Sequence record: GU911519.1
Length of the DNA: 64,000 nt
Strand: one strand, 5' to 3'
Source: Acinetobacter phage Acj61
Under the pieces are notes generated by a model that was not told the DNA's origin, did no database searches, and saw only the letters and a program-made list of their open reading frames with translations. The position numbers and the translations under genes were made by a program. Shown here in pieces: positions 24,157 to 33,022 of the stretch; the stretch's first letter is position 1, and the number at the start of each line of letters is the position of its first letter.

Positions 24157-24270
24157 CGAGCAACAAAGAATCTTGACTTGGTTTATGAGAACTTTCAGAA
24201 GTAGGTTTAGGCTTCTGTTTTTCAGGAGTTTTGACTGTTACTTCAACTTTAATTACTGCACTCATATTGT
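24157..24270 (-). CDS. tiny ORF (37 aa, Lys/Pro-rich)
   Basis: GGAGAAACAAT-ATG strong RBS; below track cutoff. Confidence 0.35.
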
Positions 24271-24581
24271 TTCTCCATTGCGATGATTGCATTAATCCAT
24301 TTGGTTTTAACCATTGACGGACTTATTTTAGAAAGGCGAGTTATTGACCAACCTGCATGAATCCAAGACTTGACATCGTGTTTAGGCACAACTCGTTCTT
24401 GATAATCGATTCCAATACCTCGGCTGATTTCGACATATTCTTTAGAAGGCTCCCAATGTTTAGGAAGCAGTTCTGGTGGCTCGGTTGCGTTGATAAGTGC
24501 TTTAATCAACGAAGGGTCCATAGGTTGCACGGAACAGATTTCCTGTGCAAACTCAGCAGGTATAGGAAACTTAGTAGCCAT
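24249..24581 (-). CDS. hypothetical protein
   Basis: ATG 24581 lies 10 nt after the gp56 stop. Confidence 0.4.
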   Translation of the reverse strand: MATKFPIPAEFAQEICSVQPMDPSLIKALINATEPPELLPKHWEPSKEYVEISRGIGIDYQERVVPKHDVKSWIHAGWSITRLSKISPSMVKTKWINAIIAMEKQYECSN

Positions 24582-25089
24582 TGTTCTGACGATCAAAGTT
24601 TTCTTTATTCTTTAAGAAGTACAACTCAAAGATTTCTTGAGAATCAAGGCCTAATGCAACATTCATGTTCAAGAAGAAGTGCCAGATATCAATGAGCTCG
24701 AATTTGATTTCAAGTTGATCTTCAGGACTCAAGTCTTTGATAAGAGTTGAACGTTTTTCAAGGTTATTAGCTTTCCATGCCTTCCAAACGCCTGATGCAT
24801 CTTTTTCGCCATTTGACATACCACCAAGTGATGTAAGCAATTCACGGAATTCATCGCTCATGCAATCCCATTGAGTACGAAGCCAGTCAACAGTTTTACC
24901 AGCTGTGTCAATGTCATTTGGATTCAAGTTCATTTCTGGTTTTTCGATTGCAAGTTTAGTTTGCAAAGCACGTTGCATTCCAAGCATTGAATCGAGGTAT
25001 TGTTCGCCATTTGAACGAATATTTTCAGATTCTTGACGAGCAGCTTCAATACCGTCTACTAGTGATGCGCATTCATTAAAGTGAGCCAT
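24571..25089 (-). CDS. 56: dCTP pyrophosphatase (dCTPase/dUTPase, MazG-like)
   Basis: MAHFNECASLVDGIEAA...FRELLTSLGGMSNGEKDASGVWKAWKA...EIKFELIDIWHFFLNM...FELYFLKNKENFDRQNNGY aligns closely with T4 gp56. Confidence 0.9.
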   Translation of the reverse strand: MAHFNECASLVDGIEAARQESENIRSNGEQYLDSMLGMQRALQTKLAIEKPEMNLNPNDIDTAGKTVDWLRTQWDCMSDEFRELLTSLGGMSNGEKDASGVWKAWKANNLEKRSTLIKDLSPEDQLEIKFELIDIWHFFLNMNVALGLDSQEIFELYFLKNKENFDRQNNGY

Positions 25090-25137
25090 GTGTTTCTCCA
25101 ATATGTTTGGGTTAATTTGATAGGATCATTATAACAC

Positions 25138-25575
25138 TTAAATTTCAAAAGCGTTAAATGATCGGTGAATTGAACGAATAAAACGTTCTGACGATTCAAT
25201 TGCTTGATGCCGAGTATGGATGCCATCGTAATAGCCTGATTTAGCTCGTTCGAGCTGTGCTTCAGCACGTTTTAGACTATTGTTCAGAGTACGCAATCGA
25301 CGACACTTGTTGCCATACTGATCTCGAACAGTCTCGAGAGTTTGTTTAACACATTGCAAGCGTTCGATTTGAGCTAACGTGGTTTTATGAATCTTGCCAG
25401 CTCGTCGAGCAGCAGGCCATGCTTCAGCTGCTAATGCATTGTTTTTGACCTTTGCGGAATATAACAAAGTTGCATTTAAGACTTCAATTTGAGCCTTGAC
25501 TGTAGCGATATCTCGGTTGAAGTCTTTGATAAATTGCTTAACCAAGATGATCTTTTCGTGCGGTAACTGTTTCAT
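25138..25575 (-). CDS. hypothetical coiled-coil protein
   Basis: 145-aa ORF. Confidence 0.45.
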   Translation of the reverse strand: MKQLPHEKIILVKQFIKDFNRDIATVKAQIEVLNATLLYSAKVKNNALAAEAWPAARRAGKIHKTTLAQIERLQCVKQTLETVRDQYGNKCRRLRTLNNSLKRAEAQLERAKSGYYDGIHTRHQAIESSERFIRSIHRSFNAFEI

Positions 25576-25838
25576 TATGGAGCACTCCGTTGTAAATTGA
25601 CTTGTTGAAGCTTGACCATCTCTTCAATTTCAGAGATCATATCGGATGCGATATTTTCATCTCCATTATACCAAATGTACGACCAATAGCCTTTAGAGTT
25701 TTGGACACAAAATGCGTCGTCATGTAGATCGGAGCACGAGAGTCCGATCTGATCACAATACGTTTTAAGGACTTCATCGACTTGGCTGCGTGTGAGTAAT
25801 ATTGTCATTTGCTTTCCTTCATTTTGTTGAGTAACCAT
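25575..25838 (-). CDS. hypothetical protein
   Basis: 87-aa ORF. Confidence 0.45.
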   Translation of the reverse strand: MVTQQNEGKQMTILLTRSQVDEVLKTYCDQIGLSCSDLHDDAFCVQNSKGYWSYIWYNGDENIASDMISEIEEMVKLQQVNLQRSAP

Positions 25839-26431
25839 TCTTGGCGTTGAGCGCCATTGAAATCAGCCGGTACACTCATCATTGCATTTGCACATTTGAT
25901 GAGTTCTTCAGGCGTATAGTTATAAAACAGGTTGCACCACTTAGAATCAAATTTGTTTCGTTCTTCACGTTCAACTCGTTCTTTGAAACGCTCTTTAAAG
26001 AACTCAACAATTTCAGGCTCTGTGCCAGACAAGAACAAGTCTTGTGGAATCATTTCAAGGTTCCAAGTTTCAGGTTCACCTGCACAGTCGTCGTATTGGT
26101 CTTGGATCTCTACTGCGCAGACTCGACACATCGGAGTCACAACTTCGATTTTGTGGAATCCTGCATCTACAGCAAGATTTTCAGGTTTGTTGTACTCTTC
26201 TGAAGTCAATCCAGGTTTGTAGTTAGGATTGTCGACCCATTGAGAGTTATCAAACGGGAATACTTCAGCATGAAAGCCATGATACGAGTGGATGAATCCT
26301 GGAAGAGATTCAGACGAGTCTGGAAGTTCAGTTAAGCTATCAATAGCTTGAGCTGCCAGTCGTACAAAGATCTGACCACGTTTCTTGATCTTTGTGTGTG
26401 CGTCTTCTTTGATTTGGAAAATGTTTTTCAT
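25805..26431 (-). CDS. hypothetical acidic protein
   Basis: 208-aa ORF. Confidence 0.5.
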   Translation of the reverse strand: MKNIFQIKEDAHTKIKKRGQIFVRLAAQAIDSLTELPDSSESLPGFIHSYHGFHAEVFPFDNSQWVDNPNYKPGLTSEEYNKPENLAVDAGFHKIEVVTPMCRVCAVEIQDQYDDCAGEPETWNLEMIPQDLFLSGTEPEIVEFFKERFKERVEREERNKFDSKWCNLFYNYTPEELIKCANAMMSVPADFNGAQRQEWLLNKMKESK

Positions 26432-26790
26432 TCTTCAATGTACTCCATTGTAAATTCACGTTTGTGTCCGTCTTCACGAGAAGTCTTAATTGTGATAGGA
26501 CCTTCAAAACGAACAGTTTTAATCATTTGAACTGCAAGTTCATTTTGAAGTCTTGCGTTCGGATTTATGAAATGTGTTGCCCATTCAATGTTATGACGAA
26601 CATTGTAGATTTCGCTAAGGTACAATCCAAAGATAGAACCATTAGGGTTTTGGCGATCATTGAAAACAAATTGCTGAGTGTTTTTCTCAATGAATTGTTC
26701 AACGATTTGGCGTCCTTTCCAGAATTTCAAAGGATTGAAAACTTTAACTTCTTTGAATTCAACCATTGTAATTCTAATCTTCTGTACCAT
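26428..26790 (-). CDS. hypothetical protein
   Basis: 120 aa; leader resembles the conserved cassette leader. Confidence 0.45.
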   Translation of the reverse strand: MVQKIRITMVEFKEVKVFNPLKFWKGRQIVEQFIEKNTQQFVFNDRQNPNGSIFGLYLSEIYNVRHNIEWATHFINPNARLQNELAVQMIKTVRFEGPITIKTSREDGHKREFTMEYIEE

Positions 26791-26810
26791 AACGATTTAC
26801 TCAATTTGAT

Positions 26811-26852
26811 TTGATAGGACCATTATAACACGGATTTCGTGATTTGTAAACC
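26811..26852 (-). promoter_or_regulatory. early promoter cassette
   Basis: TTTACA (26845-50) - 17 - TATAAT (26822-27). Confidence 0.55.
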
Positions 26853-27320
26853 ATATCTTGTGTTTTCTATCAAATTTTTCACATAAATGTCTGCAACAGT
26901 TTTTACAGCATTAGTCTTTGGCTTACCACGTATTACAGGCTCTAAAGCACAGAATAATCCTATCAGCAGTTTGTCATCGTCTGATTGGAAATCACGTGAA
27001 AACTTGTTGAGCTTGGCAGTGATTGCCTTGATATACACCTCTTTTGATGCTTCAAGCCAGATGTCGATTACTTTCTCACTTGATTCAAGGAGGTCCTTTC
27101 GATTGCCATCAAATGACATGACGGGCACAGAATCTGCATAGTTATAGAGATTCACAACAAGTTTAGTGTCATCTTGACGATGCTGAGCAAACTCAGCATA
27201 CTTGATATCGCTCGAGTCGATTATCTTGAATGTGTCATTTGCTTCAAACATTGCAAAGCATGATTTCTCTGCAATGTTCAGCTCCTCTTTCATTTCTTGG
27301 TATGAACTAAAGATGTCCAT
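26823..27320 (-). CDS. hypothetical protein
   Basis: 165-aa ORF just upstream of primase. Confidence 0.5.
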   Translation of the reverse strand: MDIFSSYQEMKEELNIAEKSCFAMFEANDTFKIIDSSDIKYAEFAQHRQDDTKLVVNLYNYADSVPVMSFDGNRKDLLESSEKVIDIWLEASKEVYIKAITAKLNKFSRDFQSDDDKLLIGLFCALEPVIRGKPKTNAVKTVADIYVKNLIENTRYGLQITKSVL

Positions 27321-27328
27321 AATGCCTC

Positions 27329-28360
27329 CTATATTTTTCGATACTTTGACATACGTAATTGTGCGAGTAATCCAACAGCCCAGTTATCGACAATGTACTC
27401 TTCGATATCTCTGGGATCGGCTCCTTCTTTTGCAACCATGTCATTGATGTCTTTAGAATGCCATGGAGCTTCATCCCAGAAGCAAACTCGTTCACCTGCA
27501 GCAATCAGTTTTTCCATACGTTTGATAGTGTCGTTGTGTCGTGGTTCGTTGTCGAGCACCCAAATACGTTTATCTTTATACGGCACTTGATCTAAATCCA
27601 GTGAACCACCTGTGATTGCAATCGCATTTGGTATGAATAGACTATCAATAGGTCCTTCCATTACATACACCCATTGCTTAGAGTCATCTACCATATCAAC
27701 TCCATAGACTTTAGAGGCATCTTCATGAGCCTTAATAGTCATATACTTTTGACGAGCTAATGATGAAAGAGCACGTCCTTGATAAGCTTCAATTTTGTGT
27801 TCTTTGTTGTAGATTGGAATCACCAGACGACATTCTTGACGTGGATTGTCAAATGTAGGCTTTGTTGCATTAACCATTTCTTGCCAATGAGCAGTGAACC
27901 AGAGTCGTTTGTAAGCACTCTTTGGAATTGCACGATTCACAACATATTTGATGATTGGATGATTTGTCGGCAATCGATCTAATCGTTCGCAGAAATCGAG
28001 CTTTTCAATGATGAGTTTCTTTGTGAACTTTTCCGAAATTTCAGTTTCCACAACTTTTGGAGTTTCTTTCTTTCCAAAGGTTTCCTCTTTACGTTTTTCA
28101 AGCAAGTATTCACGATACAAACTCTCATCATGATTCTCCAAGAATCGTCCAAATCCTGCAGAATAATCGCAGTTGAAACAGTGACAAAACATTGTGCCTT
28201 TGTATTCATAATACCAGAATCGAGCTTTCAATCGATCTGTTGCAGAATCTCCACAAATTGGACACGAACAGTTGAGCTTAAATGGCATCGTTGATACTTG
28301 TCTAAAGTTTCGTTGATACGAAAATATTCGTAACGCGAACTCGTTGTCTACATACGACAT
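27329..28360 (-). CDS. 61: DNA primase (zinc-ribbon + Toprim)
   Basis: MSYVDNEFALRIF...CPICGDSATDRLKARFWYY...CFNCDY...YVMEGPIDSLFIPNAIAITGG...WVLDNEPRH aligns with T4 gp61; GAGGAAAG RBS. Confidence 0.9.
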   Translation of the reverse strand: MSYVDNEFALRIFSYQRNFRQVSTMPFKLNCSCPICGDSATDRLKARFWYYEYKGTMFCHCFNCDYSAGFGRFLENHDESLYREYLLEKRKEETFGKKETPKVVETEISEKFTKKLIIEKLDFCERLDRLPTNHPIIKYVVNRAIPKSAYKRLWFTAHWQEMVNATKPTFDNPRQECRLVIPIYNKEHKIEAYQGRALSSLARQKYMTIKAHEDASKVYGVDMVDDSKQWVYVMEGPIDSLFIPNAIAITGGSLDLDQVPYKDKRIWVLDNEPRHNDTIKRMEKLIAAGERVCFWDEAPWHSKDINDMVAKEGADPRDIEEYIVDNWAVGLLAQLRMSKYRKI

Positions 28361-28380
28361 ATTACTTTCCTCACCAAAAT

Positions 28381-28430
28381 GGGACTTGTTATAGTCCCAT
28401 TATATCATAATTTGTTCAAGTTTACAAGTT
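28381..28430 (-). promoter_or_regulatory. promoter for primase gene with 5'-leader hairpin
   Basis: TTGTAA (28423-28) - 17 - TATAAT (28399-404); gggact-tgttat-agtccc hairpin lies in leader before GAGGAAAG RBS. Confidence 0.5.
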
Positions 28431-28884
28431 TGCGTTTCTTCATAGTGGCAGGTCCTTTGTTTGTAACAGCACCTGTCGTTTCACCTGAAGCAATTGACTT
28501 AGCACTGCCAGAACCATCTCCTGCATCACCAGCAACCATTGATTCATATAATCTATCATCTAATTCTGTAGCGATTAAGGACCAATCACTTTCTGTGAGT
28601 CCAAATCGACTACCAATTGCAGAAAGTGAAGAAGAAATTGTGGCCATAGTTGTAGCGCCGGGCACAGTAGCCATCATGCGTTTCATTGCACGTATTGAAG
28701 CATGAAATGGAGTATAAGCACTCTTCTCTTCTTCAGTTTTAGGACGTTTTAGAACGTTTCCTTTGTTATCGATCACGCCAACACGAAATGCCTCCCAATC
28801 TTCAAACGACTTCTGCATAAGTCGGATGAAGCGGTAAGCATAAATTGAATCGGCAGTGGTTTTAGCTATTCCACCAATACTCAT
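28405..28884 (-). CDS. hypothetical protein
   Basis: 159-aa ORF, Ala/Gly/Ser-rich centre. Confidence 0.5.
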   Translation of the reverse strand: MSIGGIAKTTADSIYAYRFIRLMQKSFEDWEAFRVGVIDNKGNVLKRPKTEEEKSAYTPFHASIRAMKRMMATVPGATTMATISSSLSAIGSRFGLTESDWSLIATELDDRLYESMVAGDAGDGSGSAKSIASGETTGAVTNKGPATMKKRKLVNLNKL

Positions 28885-29156
28885 TTTACCTGTCCTATCA
28901 TTTGTTTGAGAAAGCGTTTATCGAACTTCGGATCACAATACATTTTTGAAGCAATGTACTCCAAATCCTTATGAGTTAATTCGCTTGTGTTGAGGCGAGG
29001 ATTCATGTTACGGATGTCTTGACGAATACGTTCGAAGTAAACAGCTTGTTGAAGAGGAGTACTCGGTTGAGCAGATTTAAAAGCAACACATTTATTCGAA
29101 TCTTCAGCCATAGCAGAAGTTGAGATCAAAGCTAATGCGATTAAAAACTTTTTCAT
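28881..29156 (-). CDS. small secreted protein
   Basis: MKKFLIALALISTSAMA signal peptide; GGAG RBS. Confidence 0.5.
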   Translation of the reverse strand: MKKFLIALALISTSAMAEDSNKCVAFKSAQPSTPLQQAVYFERIRQDIRNMNPRLNTSELTHKDLEYIASKMYCDPKFDKRFLKQMIGQVK

Positions 29157-29180
29157 TTGGTACTCCAATAAGTATTTATT

Positions 29181-29221
29181 TGATGGAGCCATTATATCAT
29201 AGCTCCATGCGAAAGTAAACT
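29181..29221 (-). promoter_or_regulatory. early promoter cassette, covarying palindrome
   Basis: atggagc|cattatatca|tagctccat; TTTACT (29214-19) - 17 - TATAAT (29191-96). Confidence 0.55.
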
Positions 29222-29471
29222 ATTGTTTAACGTAAGTTTCGCCGTCGATAACGACGGTTGTTTGAGTTGTTTTACCGACTGGATAAGTAGTGCTTGTAGT
29301 GCTGTTAGGACAACGAACTACATTCAAATACGTGTATTTGCCTTGCAAATAAGTAATAGTGCAATCTTTCAATTCTTCTGGCATTGTGTATTGCTCAGAA
29401 ATATCTTTTGCACTTGGAGTACATCCGGTAATTGCTAATGCTATAGAAGCGATGATAAGTAACTTTTTCAT
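29220..29471 (-). CDS. small lipoprotein
   Basis: Signal + lipobox LAITGC. Confidence 0.55.
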   Translation of the reverse strand: MKKLLIIASIALAITGCTPSAKDISEQYTMPEELKDCTITYLQGKYTYLNVVRCPNSTTSTTYPVGKTTQTTVVIDGETYVKQ

Positions 29472-29473
29472 GA

Positions 29474-29881
29474 TTAACCCCAGTAGTTCATGCGATATTT
29501 GTAGAATTGGCGACGCAATTTCAGAGAAATTCGTTGTGTTCGATTAAGTGACCAAATCAGATTATCTCGTACCCAATGTGCATAAACTTTACGATTTGGA
29601 TTCCTGAAAGGATTTTTATCAGAGTGTTCGTATTCTTCTGGACCACCTACTGGATACATGAAGGTTCCTGTTTCAGGATTGGTTGCTTCAATGAAATCTT
29701 TTTGCGCGTCAAAGAACGCATCAGAACCACGATGAAAGAAATAACCAGTTACTAAACAAAGCCCCATGTATGGATTCACTTTACGTGGAAGATTATCCAC
29801 GTTTTTAGGAGTCGACGCGATTTCATCCCAATGCTCGAGTAAAAATTCAAGACGTAAGATTGCTTCTACTTTAGAAATCAT
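29474..29881 (-). CDS. hypothetical protein
   Basis: 135-aa ORF. Confidence 0.45.
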   Translation of the reverse strand: MISKVEAILRLEFLLEHWDEIASTPKNVDNLPRKVNPYMGLCLVTGYFFHRGSDAFFDAQKDFIEATNPETGTFMYPVGGPEEYEHSDKNPFRNPNRKVYAHWVRDNLIWSLNRTQRISLKLRRQFYKYRMNYWG

Positions 29882-29888
29882 AATAACC

Positions 29889-30212
29889 TCAACAAATTAA
29901 TTCAGCGAATGCCCAGTCTGCGTGATAAACTGAAGCACCTTGTGCATCATTCATACAAACTGTATCGACTGGATTCACTACACGAAAGAGAACAGGTTCT
30001 CCACCAATTGATTTAGCAGCTCGTCCTGCATAAATCTTTGCTAAACCGATGTCTTCGGTGAAGAAGATTCGATTTAAGTTTTTGTTACGTCCCTTTTCAG
30101 AGATTGTGTTTGAAATTTCAGGAGGTAACAGAAGATTCTCGATACCTGCTGCAGTGCATGACCCATGATAAAATACTTTAGGCTCTGTAGGGAAGAAGGT
30201 ATCGAGATTCAT
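29889..30212 (-). CDS. hypothetical protein with HGS...PPE motif (speculatively NAD-binding ART-like)
   Basis: VFYHGSCTAAGIENLLLPPE loosely resembles the PARP HGS-x-GIL-x-GL-IAPPE segment; too short for a full fold. Confidence 0.4.
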   Translation of the reverse strand: MNLDTFFPTEPKVFYHGSCTAAGIENLLLPPEISNTISEKGRNKNLNRIFFTEDIGLAKIYAGRAAKSIGGEPVLFRVVNPVDTVCMNDAQGASVYHADWAFAELIC

Positions 30213-30490
30213 TAGCCTGCTACCTGTACATCAGCATGACATAGATTTTTCATGATGTCTGCTATATCAAAGTCAAGTGATTGCGGATTCTTGAAACTGA
30301 TCTGAAGAACTGTAGCATCTTCAGTGCAAATCGCAATTTCAACGTTTTTAAACACTGCCATTACAACATTATCGTCTTCACAATAAACTTCGAAGCGTTT
30401 TGAAGAACCATTTACGTCTAACCAGATTTCACCTTCATCATTGGCTGCATTCATTAAATCGTCGATGATTGATGTGTTAATGTGAATCAT
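30212..30490 (-). CDS. hypothetical acidic protein
   Basis: 92 aa; preceded by conserved leader/RBS repeat. Confidence 0.45.
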   Translation of the reverse strand: MIHINTSIIDDLMNAANDEGEIWLDVNGSSKRFEVYCEDDNVVMAVFKNVEIAICTEDATVLQISFKNPQSLDFDIADIMKNLCHADVQVAG

Positions 30491-30516
30491 TTCAATTTCC
30501 TCAATTTGATTAATGA

Positions 30517-30559
30517 TTTGATATGTCTATTATACCATACGTGGCTTTGGTTGTAAACT
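30517..30559 (-). promoter_or_regulatory. early promoter cassette + conserved leader
   Basis: TTTACA (30552-57) - 17 - TATAAT (30529-34); leader 30489-30523. Confidence 0.55.
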
Positions 30560-30805
30560 ACTTTTTGAATCTTTTTCAACAGGTTGTACACATTGTATGA
30601 TTTGTCCTGTTGGATACTGAGCGATTTGATGCAGAGTAGCTGCTTCTTCATCGTCAATGGTTTGGACAACATCGAGCACTAAGATGCCATTGATGCATTC
30701 AAACGAGATATTTGTTACAATCTTAGGTTCGTAAACATAAGAGCTTTGAGCTTCTGTGCAACCAGAAGAGACCAATAACGCAAGAGCAATAGCAAAGTAT
30801 TTCAT
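30530..30805 (-). CDS. small lipoprotein
   Basis: Signal + lipobox LVSSGC. Confidence 0.55.
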   Translation of the reverse strand: MKYFAIALALLVSSGCTEAQSSYVYEPKIVTNISFECINGILVLDVVQTIDDEEAATLHQIAQYPTGQIIQCVQPVEKDSKSSLQPKPRMV

Positions 30806-30807
30806 GA

Positions 30808-31140
30808 TTAATCCTTTTTGAATGGAACCCAGGTGTTAAAAATTTCTACAGCACATTCTAAAATGTCCTTGTACTCTTCTAAGCGAGGATTAACTCGTTC
30901 GTTTTTACGGAACATCATTGAGAGAACACCTGTTTCACGATTGAAGTAGTATGAATAACTACCAATATGCATGAGGATACAGTGAGAACGGTCTTCCACG
31001 ATGACACTGTGAAAGGCTTTAGATTTGACGAATCGATAATCTCCGGCTTGGAGGGCTGCAACCGAAGGAATTAAAGCTTGAGCTTGGCATTCCATTGGTT
31101 CATATTTTCCAGTTGTTGAAGATTTGATAAGTTTGTACAT
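30808..31140 (-). CDS. hypothetical protein
   Basis: 110 aa from MYKLIKSS...; only ATG in frame. Confidence 0.4.
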   Translation of the reverse strand: MYKLIKSSTTGKYEPMECQAQALIPSVAALQAGDYRFVKSKAFHSVIVEDRSHCILMHIGSYSYYFNRETGVLSMMFRKNERVNPRLEEYKDILECAVEIFNTWVPFKKD

Positions 31141-31162
31141 GATAAAAATTTCGTTAGTTGAT

Positions 31163-31210
31163 TTGATAAGACCATTATACCACAAAAGGCAGTTTGATGT
31201 AAACTGCCTT
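31163..31210 (-). promoter_or_regulatory. early promoter cassette with -35 in stem-loop
   Basis: ggcagttt-gatgt-aaactgcc hairpin 31189-31209; -10 31174-79. Confidence 0.55.
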
Positions 31211-31227
31211 TTACGATTATTTAGAAC

Positions 31228-33012
31228 TTAGTTCCAGAGTTTTTCACGAATCTCATAGAGATCGACAAACTTGAGGAGTTCACCGTCTTTATATACTGTA
31301 GTGAGTAGACCACCTTTTTCCAGTTCACGAGAGACATTATCGATGAAGATGAGTTTACCATCTTTCTCAACAACTGTCATCAGGCCTTTAGCAGATTTCT
31401 TGCTCGAATCTGTTTTAGGGTCTTTGTAAATTGGCTTGTCAACTTGTTGCCCATTGATATCGACGATAGTATTAGTTGCTTTGATTGCCATGCCCAAGTG
31501 ATCTCGAGAAATCATGTTCAATGAGTATGACCCAACACCAAATACGATATTAGTTGATGCAAAACCTGCTTCTTCAAGACGAGTCAGAATTTCTTCTGAA
31601 CGTTGAACTGTGATGCCATCACCATAAATCATGCCGATGTGGCTGTCGAGTTCAATAAAGCCTTGAGTGTTTTCAGTTCCACCAAAGATCGCATGTAATG
31701 ATGCAATTGTACCTAATGCTTCTGCTTCAGAGATTTCAACTAAGAAGATTCCACCTTCGTCTCCGCAGATTTTGCTATAACGACCAGCAATTCGTACAAC
31801 TTCAAAGCCATCTTCTTTAGCTTTAGCAACTTTACGGTTAATAAGTTCTTGATATCCACGATCACCGGCTTCAATTAGCTCATCAGTAGATAACCCAATT
31901 GATGTAAAACGATATCCAGCAATTACATGGACTGGGTTACCAGAGTCACCTCGAACTACGAATTTACCATCACGAGCTTCAATTACATCTTTTAATCGAG
32001 GTAGAATTTTAGTGATGAAAGTCCAATAATCGTATGAGTCTGCAACATAAGACACAATGCCTGTTGGGAAGCGTTCAGTTAACAATTTCTTGGCATACAA
32101 GAATTCTGCTTCTTCGAGTGAAATAGGCTCATCCGGGGTGTTAACCTGAAGTGAAGTGTTCCATCGTTCTTGTTCTGTCAAAATACCAGAAGTGGTTACT
32201 GAGTGTTCACCTGCTGGGACTGAACCAGCTAATAAACGATGATCATTTTTAGCGTTGTAGAATGTTTTAGCAGCCCATAGTGAAGCTACATTATCGGTAC
32301 CACATGAGCTCAATAAGAATGCTGCACCATTGATTGCACATGATTCAAAACCAGATTGACCTCGTGACGAGAAGTCATGGTTCTGGAATTCTACACCTGC
32401 TGTAGAACCAGTAGTACGAATTGCATAATCATTTGAGATCAAACGATAAGTACGTGCAATTGTTGCAACAGTGAGTTGTTTCCACATGTCCATCGAGATG
32501 CCAGTTTCTAAGAAGTTTGGCAACCATTCGAAATCAGGATGTGTATTTCGAATTGTGAAAACTGGAGTTCCAATATCAACTAAAGTACCTTCATCAAGAG
32601 CTTTGATTTCAACTGGCAGGTAACCAAGATCATGTAATGCTTCAAATTGATCGAATTTTTCTTGTCCAATGTATGGACCTAAAACATCTTTCATTTCTTG
32701 AATTGCTTCAGCTTTAGGACGATCGAAGAATCCTTTCTTAGCCATTAGATGCAAACGAATAACCATCCATTGGATACCAAATACAACTACTTTGCCGTCG
32801 TAGTGTTTGCCAAGCATAGCACGTAAGTAATGGTCAAAGCGAGGTGTCAAGTTTGAGTAAATTTCACTAACGCCTTCAGTTTCAAACAAGATATGGCTCA
32901 ATTTATAAGAATCGGTCCAATATAAAAACGGGTTGATTGGAGCGATAAACTCTGCAGCATTTTCTAAAGCAATTTGAATGACGGTCTTTTGCGATTCGAT
33001 TGGTGCGTTCAT
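31228..33012 (-). CDS. NAMPT-family nicotinamide phosphoribosyltransferase homologue (candidate Namat of NARP1 / NadV)
   Basis: 594 aa, full-length NAMPT-like; AAGGAG RBS 7 nt before ATG 33012; 10 nt after Prs-like gene stop. Confidence 0.85.
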   Translation of the reverse strand: MNAPIESQKTVIQIALENAAEFIAPINPFLYWTDSYKLSHILFETEGVSEIYSNLTPRFDHYLRAMLGKHYDGKVVVFGIQWMVIRLHLMAKKGFFDRPKAEAIQEMKDVLGPYIGQEKFDQFEALHDLGYLPVEIKALDEGTLVDIGTPVFTIRNTHPDFEWLPNFLETGISMDMWKQLTVATIARTYRLISNDYAIRTTGSTAGVEFQNHDFSSRGQSGFESCAINGAAFLLSSCGTDNVASLWAAKTFYNAKNDHRLLAGSVPAGEHSVTTSGILTEQERWNTSLQVNTPDEPISLEEAEFLYAKKLLTERFPTGIVSYVADSYDYWTFITKILPRLKDVIEARDGKFVVRGDSGNPVHVIAGYRFTSIGLSTDELIEAGDRGYQELINRKVAKAKEDGFEVVRIAGRYSKICGDEGGIFLVEISEAEALGTIASLHAIFGGTENTQGFIELDSHIGMIYGDGITVQRSEEILTRLEEAGFASTNIVFGVGSYSLNMISRDHLGMAIKATNTIVDINGQQVDKPIYKDPKTDSSKKSAKGLMTVVEKDGKLIFIDNVSRELEKGGLLTTVYKDGELLKFVDLYEIREKLWN

Positions 33013-33022
33013 GTAGAACTCC

